A stretch of DNA of 64,000 bases from Callorhinchus milii (GCF_018977255.1 NW_024705101.1:1-64000), one strand, 5' to 3'. Shown: positions 24,277 to 37,611, counted from the first letter of the stretch. Made by a program: numbers and translations. The notes: generated from the sequence alone by a model not told the origin.

Positions 24277-25190
24277 CTCTCACCCCCGCTCGCCCCGCCC
24301 CTCTTTCCTCCACTCGCCTCGCCCCTCTACACCTCGCTCGCCCCGCCCCTCTACCCCCACTCGCCCCACCCCCCGCTCGCCCCTCCCTCTCTCCTATTCT
24401 ATGTTGGATTTATCTCGCTCTCTTTCCAGGGCACCTTACAACAGAGGCCCACGGCGGTACACACAGGGGGCAAAGGGGAGCAACGGGTGGGGTTGAGCGG
24501 CTGTCAGTGAGGGAGGTGACGGAAGAGATGGAGGGACAGGGGCTGGGAATGGAGCTGTTTATGTTGCAGGGGTAGGGAAGGAGGAATACGGTGGAGTGTG
24601 ATGGTGAGTGAGGGTGACACATGGGTGCAACGTGGACGAGAGGCAGCGAGGTATGGGCACATGCGTGAAGTGGTAAGATAGATAGGTGCTGTGGCTGGGC
24701 ATGGGTGAGGGTAGGCGAAGGGTGGTGGCCGGATAGTTGAGCTGAATGAGGAGCACAGCGGAGGGCTTGGGGAGAGACGTGGTTAGGTGCAGATGGAGAA
24801 AGCGAGACGTGGGAGCCGGGTCAGGAATTAGGGTCGTAGGATGAAGAGGGCCGGGGCACTGGGAGTGGGTTTTAGGCGGGGAAGAAATGGGTAGCGAAAG
24901 GACGTGAGGGTCTTTATCCCCGCTTGCCCCCCCCCCTGCCCACACCCCTCTACCCCTTGCCCGCTCGCCCCCCACTATCTCCCACTTGCCCCTCCTCTCC
25001 ACCTCCTCCCCTCTCCTCCCCGCTCGCCTCTCCCTCTCTACTCCTGCTCGCCCTCCCCCACTTCCCCCACTCACCCCTCCCCCACTTCCCCCACTCACCC
25101 CTCCCCTTTATCCCCCGCTACCCCCCCCACTCGCCCCTTTCCACTATCCCCCGCTCGCCCCTCCCCTCCACCCCCCGTCCACTATGCCAT
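24277..25190. repeat. Low-complexity C-rich / G-rich / C-rich block
   Basis: CTCGCCCC-type units at 24277-24400 and 24915-25190 flank a purine-rich segment. Confidence 0.75.
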
Positions 25191-25484
25191 TTGGACACCC
25201 GAACTCCTGCGTTGACATTTTTGGATGAATCCGCCTCCTAAAACTTTTTCATTGATTATTTACTTGACAAAATATCAACAACAGAGGCAGGCCTCTGTTG
25301 TAACACTTTAACGAGTACTGCTAATGGATACTTTTCTCAAGGAGTGTAGAAGTGTACTTCGGTTTGAGGAAACAGCAATATTGCGCTTTGTGTTTTATCC
25401 ATTCCGCACGTCAGCTGTGGCCGCTGTAAATGAAGAACGATCTTGGCACGTGGCGAAAAACGTCGGACATCATCGCAAACAATG

Positions 25485-25772
25485 GGCGCCACGGTGGCGA
25501 GACGTTAACTACCTCGCCTGGTTTGGAGGAGGTTGTGCGTTCGATCCCGACCCTGACGCCTGCTGTATATTTGGAGTTTGCATGTCTGTGTCGCCGTGGT
25601 CGCGTGGATTTCGGGTTCTCCGGTTTTCCCTCATTTAGAAACAACGTGCGTTTAAAGTATTTGGCTGCTATACATTTCCATGTGATAAGCCACTTCGTTG
25701 AGCTATCATTTGTTTCAAGGTCGCTTCTGAAAAAAGAGCTACATAGTTCAGTGGGCCTTACCTGGTGAAATA
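25485..25772 (+). mobile_element. tRNA-derived V-domain SINE
   Basis: GCGCCACGGTGGCGAGACGTTAAC head, GTTCGATCCC, GGAGTTTGCATGT...CTCCGGTTTTCCC and CCTTACCTGGTGAAAT tail. Confidence 0.85.
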
Positions 25773-26167
25773 TATTTTTTTAATAGTTTAAACAACACCG
25801 CAAAACACCTCCGCGAGGTCTACAGCACAGCTGTGAAAACCTGCACAGCATTTAAAACGCAGGGGTGTCACCTGGATTCTACCACAACTGACATGGCCAG
25901 TAAAATTAGAGTTAAAGATCAAAGCTTCTTCATCATCTCCCTTTGCCAGTCACGGGCATTCTCTGTGCTTTTGGCCATGAGCCATTGGAGCTATGCACTT
26001 TAAAATGTACTTTGAAAACTCATTCAAGTAAGAACTGCTTGAGCACGGTTGGTTACGTATGGTGCGAAAGAAGTTCTACATACATATAGTACAAGCAATG
26101 GCCACATGATGGACTGTTTCATGGCACATGCCAGGGCTAGGTGATGGATCATTGCGTGTCCATTTGG

Positions 26168-26213
26168 CAGGGTCATGTCCCCAAACATGATCATGTTTGG
26201 GGACATGACCCTG
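26168..26213. repeat. 46-bp perfect spacerless palindrome
   Basis: CAGGGTCATGTCCCCAAACATGA|TCATGTTTGGGGACATGACCCTG. Confidence 0.95.
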
Positions 26214-27076
26214 TGTGTGAATGTTATTGTAAACTTCATTGAGGCACTCCTACAAAAGATTTCTCAAGCCCCAGAGACAGGATGTGTGTGTGCCACCAGA
26301 CCCATGCCTTCATGGAGTACGTATTCACCTGCACTTTCCACACCGCTAACAATGCACTCATTTCGTGTGATATTTTATTCATGCTATCTGCAGGTTATGA
26401 GGAATGTGGCATCAATATTTTTAAGATTTAATTTTTTCATTAAAAAACGATTGCATTGAACAATTTGGTTCAGAAATGAGTACAGCCTAATTTGTAATAC
26501 CCTGCCATCAAAACCTTGGGAAATAACTTAAGGATTACTCAAATATAATTCTCAGTTTTTAGGACAAAACCTGGATCTGCAGTTGATGTTTAAAAATGTC
26601 ACGAGTGTATTCACAATAATGATAATGTTACTCATCTATATAACTTCGCCTCCATGCTGTTCTTCATCAGCATAAACATGTAATTTGACACCTTCAAATC
26701 AAACATATTTACGTGCAATAAATCTTAGACCAAGGACAATTTCTAATTATATTTAAGTTTACATCATAGCGCCGGTTCACAAATCCCTTAATATTTAATG
26801 TAGGTAAATCATGAATTATGAAAATCCCTTTCCTGGAATTAATAGCCATCTTAATAATCCAGGATGTTGCATATTATGAGACTGGAATAGAGAGGCTAGC
26901 CATTGTTGACGGGTTTGCTCACCTGAAAGTCTAATGTGGGGTTTAACGATACCAGCATTGCACTCAGTTGCATGTTGTTGTACTCACGGTTTGGAGGTCA
27001 AATCAATACGAGGTGGAACATGCACGCGCAGCGACTGAATCGGACACAAGCTCTCCGATTCTGAAGTGCTACATAT

Positions 27077-27201
27077 TCTGATTTAAAGTTTTCGTGACTG
27101 CAGGGATTCATATTCTTGGTTCTTTATTATTTCGTATTGTTTAAGATTTGTATTATTTAATTATTTCCCTTCTACGTGATTTTACCGAAAGAACCAAAAT
27201 A
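27077..27201. mobile_element. Tiny inverted PLE-terminus insertion
   Basis: 10-bp TSD TGCTACATAT at 27067-27076 and 27202-27211. The minus-strand terminus GATTTAAAGTTTTCGTGACTGCAGG is followed by plus-strand CTACGTGATTTTACCGAAAGAACCAA. Confidence 0.8.
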
Positions 27202-28532
27202 TGCTACATATCGTCAAATAAAGCATTGGAACAATGACGTTACTCGTCTATGCTGTGCTACTATCCAGTACAACCATACTGAGTCATTAAAGCTATTCTT
27301 AAAGCTATTCGACCATCAGTAAATAGATATTGTAAATAGATACTGTGAGCTCACTGTGATATATTTGTGTAAATCGGGAACTGCTAGACCACCTGCCTTC
27401 TTTGATGCCGTTAGATAATCACAATGCAATGTAGCTTCCCGTGGTGCCAAATGAAATAGGAAATCAATTATTAAAGGTGAGTACTGTAAATACATTTTGG
27501 ATTAAACATTAAGAGGCGTAGAACACAGTTACACCAGCTTATGGAGAATGGTCATCATAACGCCATTTATTTTGCCGATAAGCGAGAGAGTGGTACTGAT
27601 TCCCATTATCTGAGATGATGAAAGATGGAGCCTCGGGGGAGGTGGGACATTATGTTGTAGGAGTCCATTCATAGGCGGTTGTAAGGCGCAAATATTTCAG
27701 TTGGGAGGCTCTCCAGATGAATGGGAAAGTCGCCCTTTCCCAACTGTGGGTCTCCTGGGAGGAGAGGTGTATGTATCTGTGTGTTCGCACCGTATGTAGC
27801 CAACCGTACTAATCGGAGGTGCGGGTGTGATTACTGACGTGCATGACTTCAGCTGCAACGTGACCTCTAACCACAGAAATGGGGGCTGTCGACTTGAATA
27901 ACAGATGAGGCATGCCAGCCCACAGGAGCTAGAATGCTGTCTATCATCTTTAACTGTCATCCAATCAGCAGATGCATGCCAGGATTGGTGCCATCTACAA
28001 GGACGGGAGGCACCTTCTGCTTATCACGGGTTTGTCTCTCACTTCTTCATCCTAAATGCATGTTGCAATTAACACGCGAGACCACGTGAACACAATGCAA
28101 AGTTGTTTGGGAGTCCATAATTTTCTTTCAGAAACTCGTAAAACCACCGGTGCCCTTGAGATACATAATATGACCGAGCAGAGTGCTACTCTTATAATGC
28201 ACGACGATTGGGAGTTCAAATCCGATCGAGATTCGCCTCTGCTATTCATCCACACGAATAGCCGGCAAGAAATCAGTGGGGAAAAGGACTTGCTGTACTC
28301 ACTACGACAGGTGCCTGTTGGGCTCTGCATGTGAATGCAAGGGCGGTGATGTGGTTAAGCGGTAGTGCCTTCATTACGTACTGGCATCATGTTCCACATT
28401 TTGTCTCGTTTGTAAGATTACCCTCAAATTACTCAAATATCGCCCTCCACTGAGAAAACTTGCCAAGACCCTCCTGAAAAAGGAGTCATGAGACTCAGTG
28501 AAGCTATCCGGGACAAGCAAGCGTAATGTATG

Positions 28533-29016
28533 TGTAGTGTAGTAGAACGACACTACTGTATTGGCTCGGTATGGGGGCTGTAGGCAGGTGTCACGGGGGT
28601 CGTGTCGGGCCGTGACACTCTGCATGAACCCAACAGGACACGTGACCGGATAAAGGGGGCCAGGGGCCCCAGGGGGGTCACGTGGTTGGGGTTTGGGCCT
28701 TCTCGAAGGATCGGGAAGGGGGGCGTGGCCTGGGACAGAGCCGGCCACGCCGGAGTGGTTATAAGCGGGGCGTGGACAGAGATCGGGGCTGTTCTGTGCT
28801 CTTCTGCTGGGTCAACTCTGGGTTGAAGCCACCATCCACGATCCTCGGTTTCCGGTCCAATAATGTAGTATCCCCGTGTGTTAGCTAAGTTAGGAACGGT
28901 GGTTACCACCACCCTATGTCGTTATCCTGTTAATGTTAAGAGTTACCCGTTGTGTTTAGCTAATACATAGTGTTGCCTCCAAAATTCCAGTGTGCGCCTG
29001 AATCCAACCCACTACA
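28533..29016 (+). mobile_element. Solo LTR (related to 46743-47359)
   Basis: TGTAGTG...CACTACA termini; 4-bp TSD TATG; TATAA at about 28760; 3' end is the reverse complement of 46743-46790. Confidence 0.88.
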
Positions 29017-31207
29017 TATGTACAGTATGTATGTTGAACTTCTTTCGCACCGTACGTAGCCAGCCGTGCTAATCGGATGTACAATAATAGTTGTGTATGA
29101 TCGGGCTCTATTTTACATAATTTGGCATGTTGGATCAGTGGTGATCTCGATTAGATGCTGTATATTTCCCATAACTAATCAGTATGCTGTATTGTATTTA
29201 ACCTGGAGAAATCCATTGAGCTATTACGCTATTTTTCACAGATGTCCAGTAGGGACGGGCAGCTGCAAACATCTACATCTATTTGTGTTCCACTAACCCC
29301 ACCCATCTCCCAAGTTCCAGGATTACAGGAGATGTTACTGCCCACTCGAGTATGCTGTGATAAATCTCCAGCCTCAGCTGCAGCTCGCATTTTCTCGCGA
29401 TTCTCCATTGCATTTGCTTTCGCATCATTTACCAGGTAAGGCCCCACTGAGCTCCTTTTTAGATTTGAAATGTCAACGCAGCAAGACACCGACGTGTATT
29501 TTGAAAGCACTCCCTTCTACACGTCAAGCACTTTGTAATACTGTAGTGCCACTCAGCTAGATCAATGCGCCGATATGATGAACAAAAACCTAAAGCCAGA
29601 TTCTTACTACCGTGTTTTCCATAGCTTCTCCAGCCTCATCATCATTCACGGACAGGACAGTTAATTAAATAATAAACGACCTGCCTTGATATCGGGGTGT
29701 CTGGATATTGTAAATGACCACTCGCTCCAGATTGTCATGTTTTATCAATGAGGATTACAGATTGGACTGATAAAGAATGTTCGCACATATCCCTGCCACA
29801 CCAGTGCTTGTAGCTACCTGCGTGGCTGAATTTCTGGGCCAACGCTGCAGCCCTTACAGATTTTTACACCCCAGTGAAGCAGACGAGCAGGCGAACACAT
29901 GCGCCTTAATTATAATGTAATGTCGAGTTAAATTAGCGCCTTTGTTTGATCGTGGAATCTGTTTGTTCACGAAAACTGTACGCTGCACTGCTCCTTCGTT
30001 GGGCCGGGGACGGACACGGTCTGTTGCTGAATGTAGCTCGCACAAATCGTCTCCTATTGTGAGCATCTGCAGCTATTCAAAGTAAAAGGCTGTCTCCATA
30101 CTCAAACGAGGCGGGATCGGGAGAGAGAGGTCGTTAGCTCCCTGAATGGCCTGAATGGCACAGAGCGAGTGGATGAAATTATACATTCGTGTAGAGAGGC
30201 CAATCTCCCTTTAAGACAATCACCGTTGACTTATCATTAAATGGCGCTTATTGTATTCACCCCAGAAGAATGATGTTGGGTCGTCAAGTAGCCGCATCAA
30301 GTATTTTGTTGGTACGTTTCGTTAAAGTAAGCAATGTGCATGCTCATTCTCAGCTCATGAAATATATGATTTAAAAAATATCCATGTAATGGCTACATTT
30401 AATGGACAAAAATATATATTATTGTGCTTACAGTGCAACATGTTCTAGTCTAGTTTTCAAGAAAGCCTTCATCAAAAGTGATTTAAATTCATTTTTAATG
30501 AGGCAAAACTGTCTGCAGTAAATGCTGGGTGTGGTAGTAAATTTGTGTGGTCGTGAAAAAAATGTCAATTGAATAAAATGGCAATGCCAAGATATGTTTG
30601 AGCCACATTTATCGTTGTTTTATTGCTTACAATTTATATTATTGTGTTCACAACGCTAGTTTTATTACTGACCTGAGGAAATGTAATATCCTGCATTTCT
30701 GTGGTTACGGCCAATTTTAAACCATTCATATTAACAAACGTAGCTGCGGAGAATAATTATATTGCACGAGTGAATGCAAGAGCAAATTGATTAATAATAT
30801 AATTATCAAAGCTGAAAGTGTTGCAGAATCATAGGGGTGGCGATATTTGGAGTCATTCATGCAGCAGTGGATTGATGAAGGCTGATGACGAAGCTGTGCT
30901 TGATTCTTATTGGGCATTCACCTATAGTCCAGCACTTGGAGGCAGCGTTGGTGGATCGCGTGCTAATGCTTCCATCTGTTGGCCTTGGAGGTGGCTAGAA
31001 TATGGTAGTTAAGCGAATATGGTAAGTTAAGTTGTTTAACCAAGTAATAACTCAAGAGAACATGGTGGTCTCCTTTGTAAAACTTACCTAACCGTAATTT
31101 GTTTTAGTGTTGCCACCTCAGAAATGTGCATTCTCTCCAGGTACTGTATTTTCCATCCATGTACAGAAATATTTATATTGAGAAACTGCCCAAATGTTAA
31201 ATATTGA

Positions 31208-31345
31208 CTTAAAGCTTTCATGACTGCATGAATTCATATTCTTTGGGTCTTTCGGTAAAGTCACGTAGATAGGTTGAAAGAAAATAACAAAAAACTACGA
31301 CGTTTCGATCACAACACAAGCGATCGTCATCAGGAGGAGAAAAGA
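31208..31345 (-). mobile_element. PLE terminus (family A variant) with hammerhead-like motif at 31297-31335
   Basis: AAAGCTTTCATGACTGCA...CGGTAAAGTCACGTAG; minus strand CUGAUGA-C-GAUCGC-UUGUGUU-GUGAUC-GAAAC-GUC. Confidence 0.8.
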
Positions 31346-33864
31346 GAAAAGCTGCTGAGGCAGAAAAGAGGAAAGCTTCAGCAGCAATGTAGAATCCTCA
31401 CGAGAGTGTTGATAATCGGTGAGGATTCTTAATTTAATACTTTCATCTGCAGGAGGTTGGCCACTGCCATCACTCCCGACAGACCTCGAAAGCTAAGCGG
31501 GTGTGAGACTGGACACTGGTTGGATGGTTGACCACCGCACGCAATAGACGAGTGCAGTAGGCACTGTGAGGAAGGGCCTTTGCTATTGATGCCCACAGGA
31601 TCTGGAATGCTATTGCCAATAAACTGAAACTTGAGTCACTACCTATGAGATATTCACTCAAAACTGCTTTAGAGGAGTTGTACACCCCTAGCTGCCACTG
31701 CAATTCAGTGGCCTAAAATACAATGTTTCACTCCGGATGATCGCTGCAAAGTATGATCTGTGTTTTGATTTAGTGTGCTGATCTTAAAGGTGCATTGAAA
31801 AATGTTGACACTCCGACTGATGCTCCTGCTGTTGTGGAGTGACTCATGCAGCCAGCTATGGCTGCAGAGTTTGGTAATACATGTTGTTTACGTCGTTTAT
31901 TGTGAAAATTCGGTCACAGTTCCTATGATCACTGTTCCATTGCTTTTATGGCTTTATTTTGGTGATTTTAGAAAAGTTTTTCGGTTTGGCCATGTTTGTT
32001 TGTTGTAGTACAGAGTTAGACTGATGGCCTTAATCTAAGTTGTCTTGTGGTTGTTGTTGTTTGACTTGCATCCCACTGGGATTTTTGCACACAGTGTTGG
32101 TGTACGGTGCTTTTTCTGCAATATTTTGCTGTCTTTTCTTGGATTTTCTGTTTGCACATAGTCACTTTAAGATGTTTTCTTGTTCATGTTTTTTTGTTGT
32201 TGCGGTTGCACCCGAGTCAAGAGCCGAATGGCTCACAGGGCTATACCTAATAAATGAACTTGAACTTGCACTTGAGTCGAGAGCAGTGCAGCAAAATCCA
32301 TTGTTCTTCTGCACTCCCCCCCACCACCTTCACCAACCCGTACTGACTGGTGTCGTCATATATGGTAAAATAAACCTTATGGCCCGGTTGATTGTACGAA
32401 TAAAGAATATGTCTTCAAGAGGAATTAAGAAACTACGAGCAAATCCCTAGACAATTCCTTGTTTTATAAACCTTTATTAGAATGATAGTGAGTGTAGACT
32501 TTTTTCTTACATCTCACATCGGATTCCTCCAGTATAAATAAAGATTCCGATTGAGTTTGTCGACAGCTTTGTCTTTAGCAGCGCTACTTGTTTAATAATT
32601 TGGAGCAGATGTGACACCTTGACCTGATGCACCTCCCTATAATAACAAGTTAATGAATGAGAGCCAAAACAATACGGTATTTAATATCTATGGAAAAATG
32701 GAAAATTTCAGTAAATGAGATGAGATTACGTTCAGGGAAATGTAAATCGTTGTGCATTCTTAACAACGCTCGTGATTTGGGAATTCAGGACGAATCTCGT
32801 GAAAATAATTATGCGTGCATCTGTGCAGTGCCTAACCATTGGCTGGAGCGCAATTAATGTTCAGGCTTTGATGCCTAATTAACTGTTGTTGCACATGCAA
32901 CGTAGTGGAACAGATATATAAAAAAATTTAAAGTTATTTTATACTCAAATGTACATTGAGGCGACAATAATCTTCCGTTTACAGCCCCGACGCCTGTGGT
33001 GGAAAATCCACGATCTTATTGCAGGGGGAAAATATATCCATAGGACAACCACTGTCGTTCGCCGCTCCTGGATAGGCCGAGTCAACCCTTGGCCAGGATT
33101 TTAACTCGCAGAACCTTCTCAATTGCGAGTTGCTCGCTCCAATGCCGAGCCACCTGGCATGGACAGAAAACAAACGAATTCAACGCTTGTAAAATAAACG
33201 CAACGGAGATGAGCATACTCAATTGAAAATGGAGACCTCTGAAGTATTTAGACAACAGACCGTCAAACCAAGTCACTCTTTCGCAGCGTTTAGTTTGTAT
33301 GCAGCTGCCAAAAGTGTACTTATGGCTCGCCAAGTCTTCTCAAATACGGCCGCTGTATGATATTTAAAAGAAGCAGATAGTGCATGTTGTGAGAAAATTG
33401 CCTCCCCACCAAGATCCCAGTGTATTTTGTCAATAATTATTGCTCTCATCGAACATCACTATGGCTACAAACACCGAGCTCTGCTAATGGCGTGACCATG
33501 TGCTGTAATGCACCCTGCCCACCGCCCGTCGTTACAAGAGGACTCTGCTCGCCGCTACGCACGCGGCCCAGGATTCATGCAGCACTTAGCATTCTGTGAA
33601 ACAACACCTTGAAGCCTGAGACAAGTGGTATATCAACAACGTGTCTCCTTTGAAAATGCAAGCACTGATTATTTAATCAAGCATCCTTGAGCCTACGTCC
33701 AGAATAACAGTATGGTTTCCATAATGCACATTCCAGCCTGGGTCCTTTCCCAAACCAAATCCTGCTCTTCCGTCACCCCGGCAGTTGTTGCTCTACCACC
33801 AGGAGCCACGCGAAGAATACGTTGTGCCAGCCCCCCCCCCCGCACGAGTGTGTTGCACCACACG

Positions 33865-34099
33865 CAATGGTTCTGAACCTGGGGTACACGCACCTCTGGG
33901 GGTGCGAGATGCCCTTTCTGGGGTTGCGAGACATGGCCAGATTTTTCTAGAAAGTAAATAATCGAAAACACAAAAAGCACGGGCACGTAAGTACAATTAC
34001 TTTGTTTAATCAAACCCTATGTATTCATTAATATTATACTTTTTTTTCATTATGAAAACCAAAGGGGTGCAAAGCTGCGGTAAAGATTAAGAACCACTG
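33865..34099 (+). mobile_element. hAT-type MITE (second family)
   Basis: TIRs CAATGGTTCTGAAC...TTAAGAACCACTG; near-identical flanks CACCACACG/CACTACACG; second copy at 36153-36385. Confidence 0.8.
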
Positions 34100-34683
34100 C
34101 ACTACACGATCCTTGTCCTCACGTTCAACTCCACCGACGGCCCCCTCCCGACCTCTGCAATCTTCTTCTGCACCGCCCCACCACGACCCACCCCTCCGGT
34201 GGCTCGCTCCACAGATATAATTATCTGGATAAATCCTCCTGGCTTCCAAGGTGCGCCACTCTTTAGGACAGTGTTAATTCACTCATTTTCAGAAGGGGGC
34301 CACTTTCGCTGATGAGACATCATTTGAAACTATCAGGGTTCTACAGTAGCACGGTAGTGGGGTGTTTTCACACGTTGTGCATTGTCGGAGATCGCACATC
34401 AGGGGCCGCACTAAAGGCCACAAGGGCCGCCAGTGGCCTGCGGGCCTTGTAATGAAGAACATCGATCTAGGACAGGACGCTCCCACTCTGTGGAAACACC
34501 AGGCAACTCTCTGTATTTGCAAGTACTGCATTCTACAGACTATGTTTAAATCATTCTCTCAGATCCCTGTAATTTATTATTTTCTCTCCTCCCCTTCCCT
34601 GCTCGGTCCCGCACGTCCCCCCCTGGTATCTCTATGCCCTGCTAGGATTGTTTAAAACTAAACTATTACTAGACTATTTCATG

Positions 34684-34938
34684 TTTTACCAGGTAAGGCC
34701 CACTGAGCTGTACAACTCTTTTTCACAAGCGACCTGGCGACAAATGGTAGCTCAACGAAGTGGCTTATCATGTGGAAATGTACAGCAGCCAAATACTCTA
34801 AAAGCATGATGTTGATACTAAATGTGGAAGCAAAAACCGCTACCACGGGGAGAACATGTAAAATCAAAATATACAACAGGCGTCAGGGTCGGGATCGAAC
34901 CCACGACCGCCTGCATACCAGGCGAGAGAGTAAACATC
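34684..34938 (-). mobile_element. tRNA-derived V-domain SINE
   Basis: TTTTACCAGGTAAGGCCCACTGAGC...GGGATCGAACCC, the reverse complement of the family. Confidence 0.8.
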
Positions 34939-36152
34939 ATGAATAAAGTACCGTAATATATTGTTGTAAAGATGTACAATGCAGATTGAAGGAATGAAAA
35001 TGGTGAATATTTTTTTTGGTGCAGGTCAGCAAGCGTCACAATGCACCTCAAAGTGCACCTATCATGGCACAAGCGCCGCGATGACGTCACCACCACCACT
35101 CAGTGGTGAACGGCGGTTGTTGTTGATGCCCCCTCTGAAGGAGTGCCAACGCTGTGCTGTTAATGCAGAGTGGTGAACGGGCCTTACGCAAGCGTCATTG
35201 CAGATTCCCTGTCTGCGTGAGCCACAGACAGTGATATATATACGTACGGCAGGGGCTGCAGCACACCACAGTCACACACGGTGCTCTCGCCGGCTGTTTC
35301 ACATTTACAATGCGGACTAAATTATTTAAGCTCGTTTCAGATGCATGGGTAGTGCCGCCGTCACACTGGGATGTGTAATCCGCTATCATAGTAATGCATG
35401 TAAAGTATGTTTGATATGCAAATGACAAAACAGCAAGGTAAATAAATACCCACATATTTAAGATGAATGCCGTTATGCCGCTTATAATTAGATGTTGTGT
35501 TAAAATATTCGTAGTTTTTAAAATATATTTTTTTGGGAGGGTTTTTAGTTTTTACATCACGTGGTGGAAAGGGTACATTATACATTCATATTGAGCCAAT
35601 TTAAAATTAAAGTGATTTCTTCCTCAAATGTGCATTGAAGCGGTGCTCATCTCCCGTTTACAGCTCTGAGCTAGTTGTAGAATTTATACATTGCTATGGC
35701 AGGGGAGAGTCTCCTCATAGGAATACAACTGGTCACTTCCCCAAAATGTAATACATATTTTATATTTTATCAACCCAGGAGGGATGATGGCTGAGTCAAC
35801 CCCAACCAGGATTTGAACTCGCAGACCTTCTAATGGCGAGCCGCTCACTCGAGCGCTGATCCACCTGGCCAGATTGATTTAATTTAATGTACTGTACATT
35901 AACTTCTGGCTCGATAATCCTATGGTTGCTGTACTTGACCCCGTCAATCAGCAAGATTGACGGGAGACTCAACCCACCGCTGTCGGAAATTAAATGTGAC
36001 CGCTCGTTTGATGAACCGTTATAGGAATGTGGAGTTGTAACCATCGAATCGTGATAGAAGTGGCCCACACTAGGTTTTCTGAAGACAGGAATCTCTCATC
36101 ACGCACTGGAATGTGATGGAGTAGTGCAGCACTGGAACAGATCACTCTTGAG

Positions 36153-36385
36153 CAGTGGTTCTTAACTTGGGGTGCTCGCACCCTGGGTGTGCGAGATGCC
36201 CTTTCTGGGGTTGTGAGACATGGCATATTTCTTTCGAGGGTAAATCATCGAAAACACAAATTAAGCACAGGCACGTAAGTACAACTACTTTGTTCCATCA
36301 AACTTGTGTATTTATTAACATTCTAATTTTTTTACGATTAAGAACCAAAGGGGTCCAAGGCTGCAGTAAAGGTTAATAACTACTG
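36153..36385 (+). mobile_element. hAT-type MITE (second family)
   Basis: CAGTGGTTCTTAAC...GTTAATAACTACTG; homologous to 33865-34099. Confidence 0.75.
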
Positions 36386-36588
36386 CAATCTATCGTAATA
36401 ACGTTGCACATGTATACAGCATAACAATAACCTGTGCTGACAGCTCTTCTCAATCCACTGTTGTATGAATGCCTTCCCACACCGTGAGCACACTTTGAAT
36501 GAACATGTTATGGACATACTCTTTGGTTTTTTCGGTAAAGTCAGGTAGGTAAAATATAAAATAAATAATGAGAACAACTAAATTAAAT

Positions 36589-36629
36589 CACGACGTTTCG
36601 GGCGCAACACAAGCGTCCGTCTTCAGGTG
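36589..36629 (-). ncRNA. Minimal hammerhead-ribozyme-like motif (family A)
   Basis: Minus strand CAC-CUGAAGA-C-GGACGC-UUGUGUU-GCGCCC-GAAAC-GUC-GUG; differs from the 1434-1474 copy only at the free N7 position. Confidence 0.75.
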
Positions 36630-37161
36630 GGGACAACGTAGCGAAAGCACAACCGCTTAAGTGTGTCTAAGAGATGGCTGTGACGAGGAATTATATAGTT
36701 GCGGGGGAAGGAGGGGGGGGGCATGGTGAGTGTGGGGGCGGGGTGTGGGCTGGGAGGTAACCTGGAGTTCAAACTGAAGCTTTGTGATGCGGGGGCGGAA
36801 GTAGATAAGAAAGCTAAGTTAAGCCGAGTGTGGGGGCGGGGTGTGGGCTGGGAGGTAATCTGGAGTTCAAACTGAAGTTTTGTGATGCAGGGGGTGGAAG
36901 TATATAATAAAGCTAAGTTAAGCCGATTAAAGACATCCTTTGTTATGCTGCAGGGGGGGTAAATTGGAGTTGTGCAAGCTAAACTTGCACGCTCGAAACG
37001 ACGTGTGGCAAATTTTTTCTCAAGTGTTGGGAGTAGGCCGGGCTTAGAGCCAAATTTCATAGTGATGGTAGTGTGTAAAGCTGGGAGTAAAAGACTGGGA
37101 ATATGGATATGAATATGAAAATAAATATAAACTGGCTGCCTTGCAGTAAACTGCACAGCAG

Positions 37162-37611
37162 CTAAAGTTTCACTTGGTTAATTACATCCTTCAAATCATT
37201 GCTCAATTTGAATCTATCCTCTCGGTTGAAGTTACGTCTATGTTTGTATATCTGGATGGCTTCATGGACAAATCTTTGGTAGTATCCAGGAGGCTTGCAG
37301 AGTACTTTGGTATCGGAGAACACAATATCATGAGAACCTGCAGTGTTATAACAGTGGTCTGCTACGGCTGAAGAATTCGTCCTACTGTGTTTCAAATCTG
37401 ACTTGTGCTTGTGAATGCGGTCAGAAATATGTCATTTCGTTTCCCCGATATAACAATCACCACAGGTGCAACTCAGTTTGTAGACACCAGGGTACTGTAA
37501 GTCAGGAATGACAACTTTTACGGATGGGATCAGATCACGGATTTTGTGTACTGTACTGAATCGGACCTGGATCTTGTGTTTGTTTAGAATTTTGGAAACC
37601 TTTTTGGTAAC
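37162..37611 (-). pseudogene. PLE GIY-YIG endonuclease fragment with premature stop
   Basis: ORFs 37432-37761 (PLE part only) and 37162-37395 are in frame and separated by a TGA where the other copy has Arg (CGA). Confidence 0.85.

Larger units (their letters stand above)
36515..37611 (-). mobile_element. 5'-truncated Penelope-like element (GIY-YIG domain, 3' UTR and terminus)
   Basis: YPGVYKLSCTCGDCYIGETK*...SAVADHC...HEAIQIYKH..NFNREDRFKLSNDL; terminus homologous to 1382-1477; two ~98-bp tandem units at 36727-36925. Confidence 0.9.

Noticed and set aside
37432-37434. In-frame TGA in the PLE endonuclease as possible selenocysteine recoding
   Set aside because: It aligns to an Arg (CGA) codon in the sister copy, so it is a CpG transition and not a Cys position.
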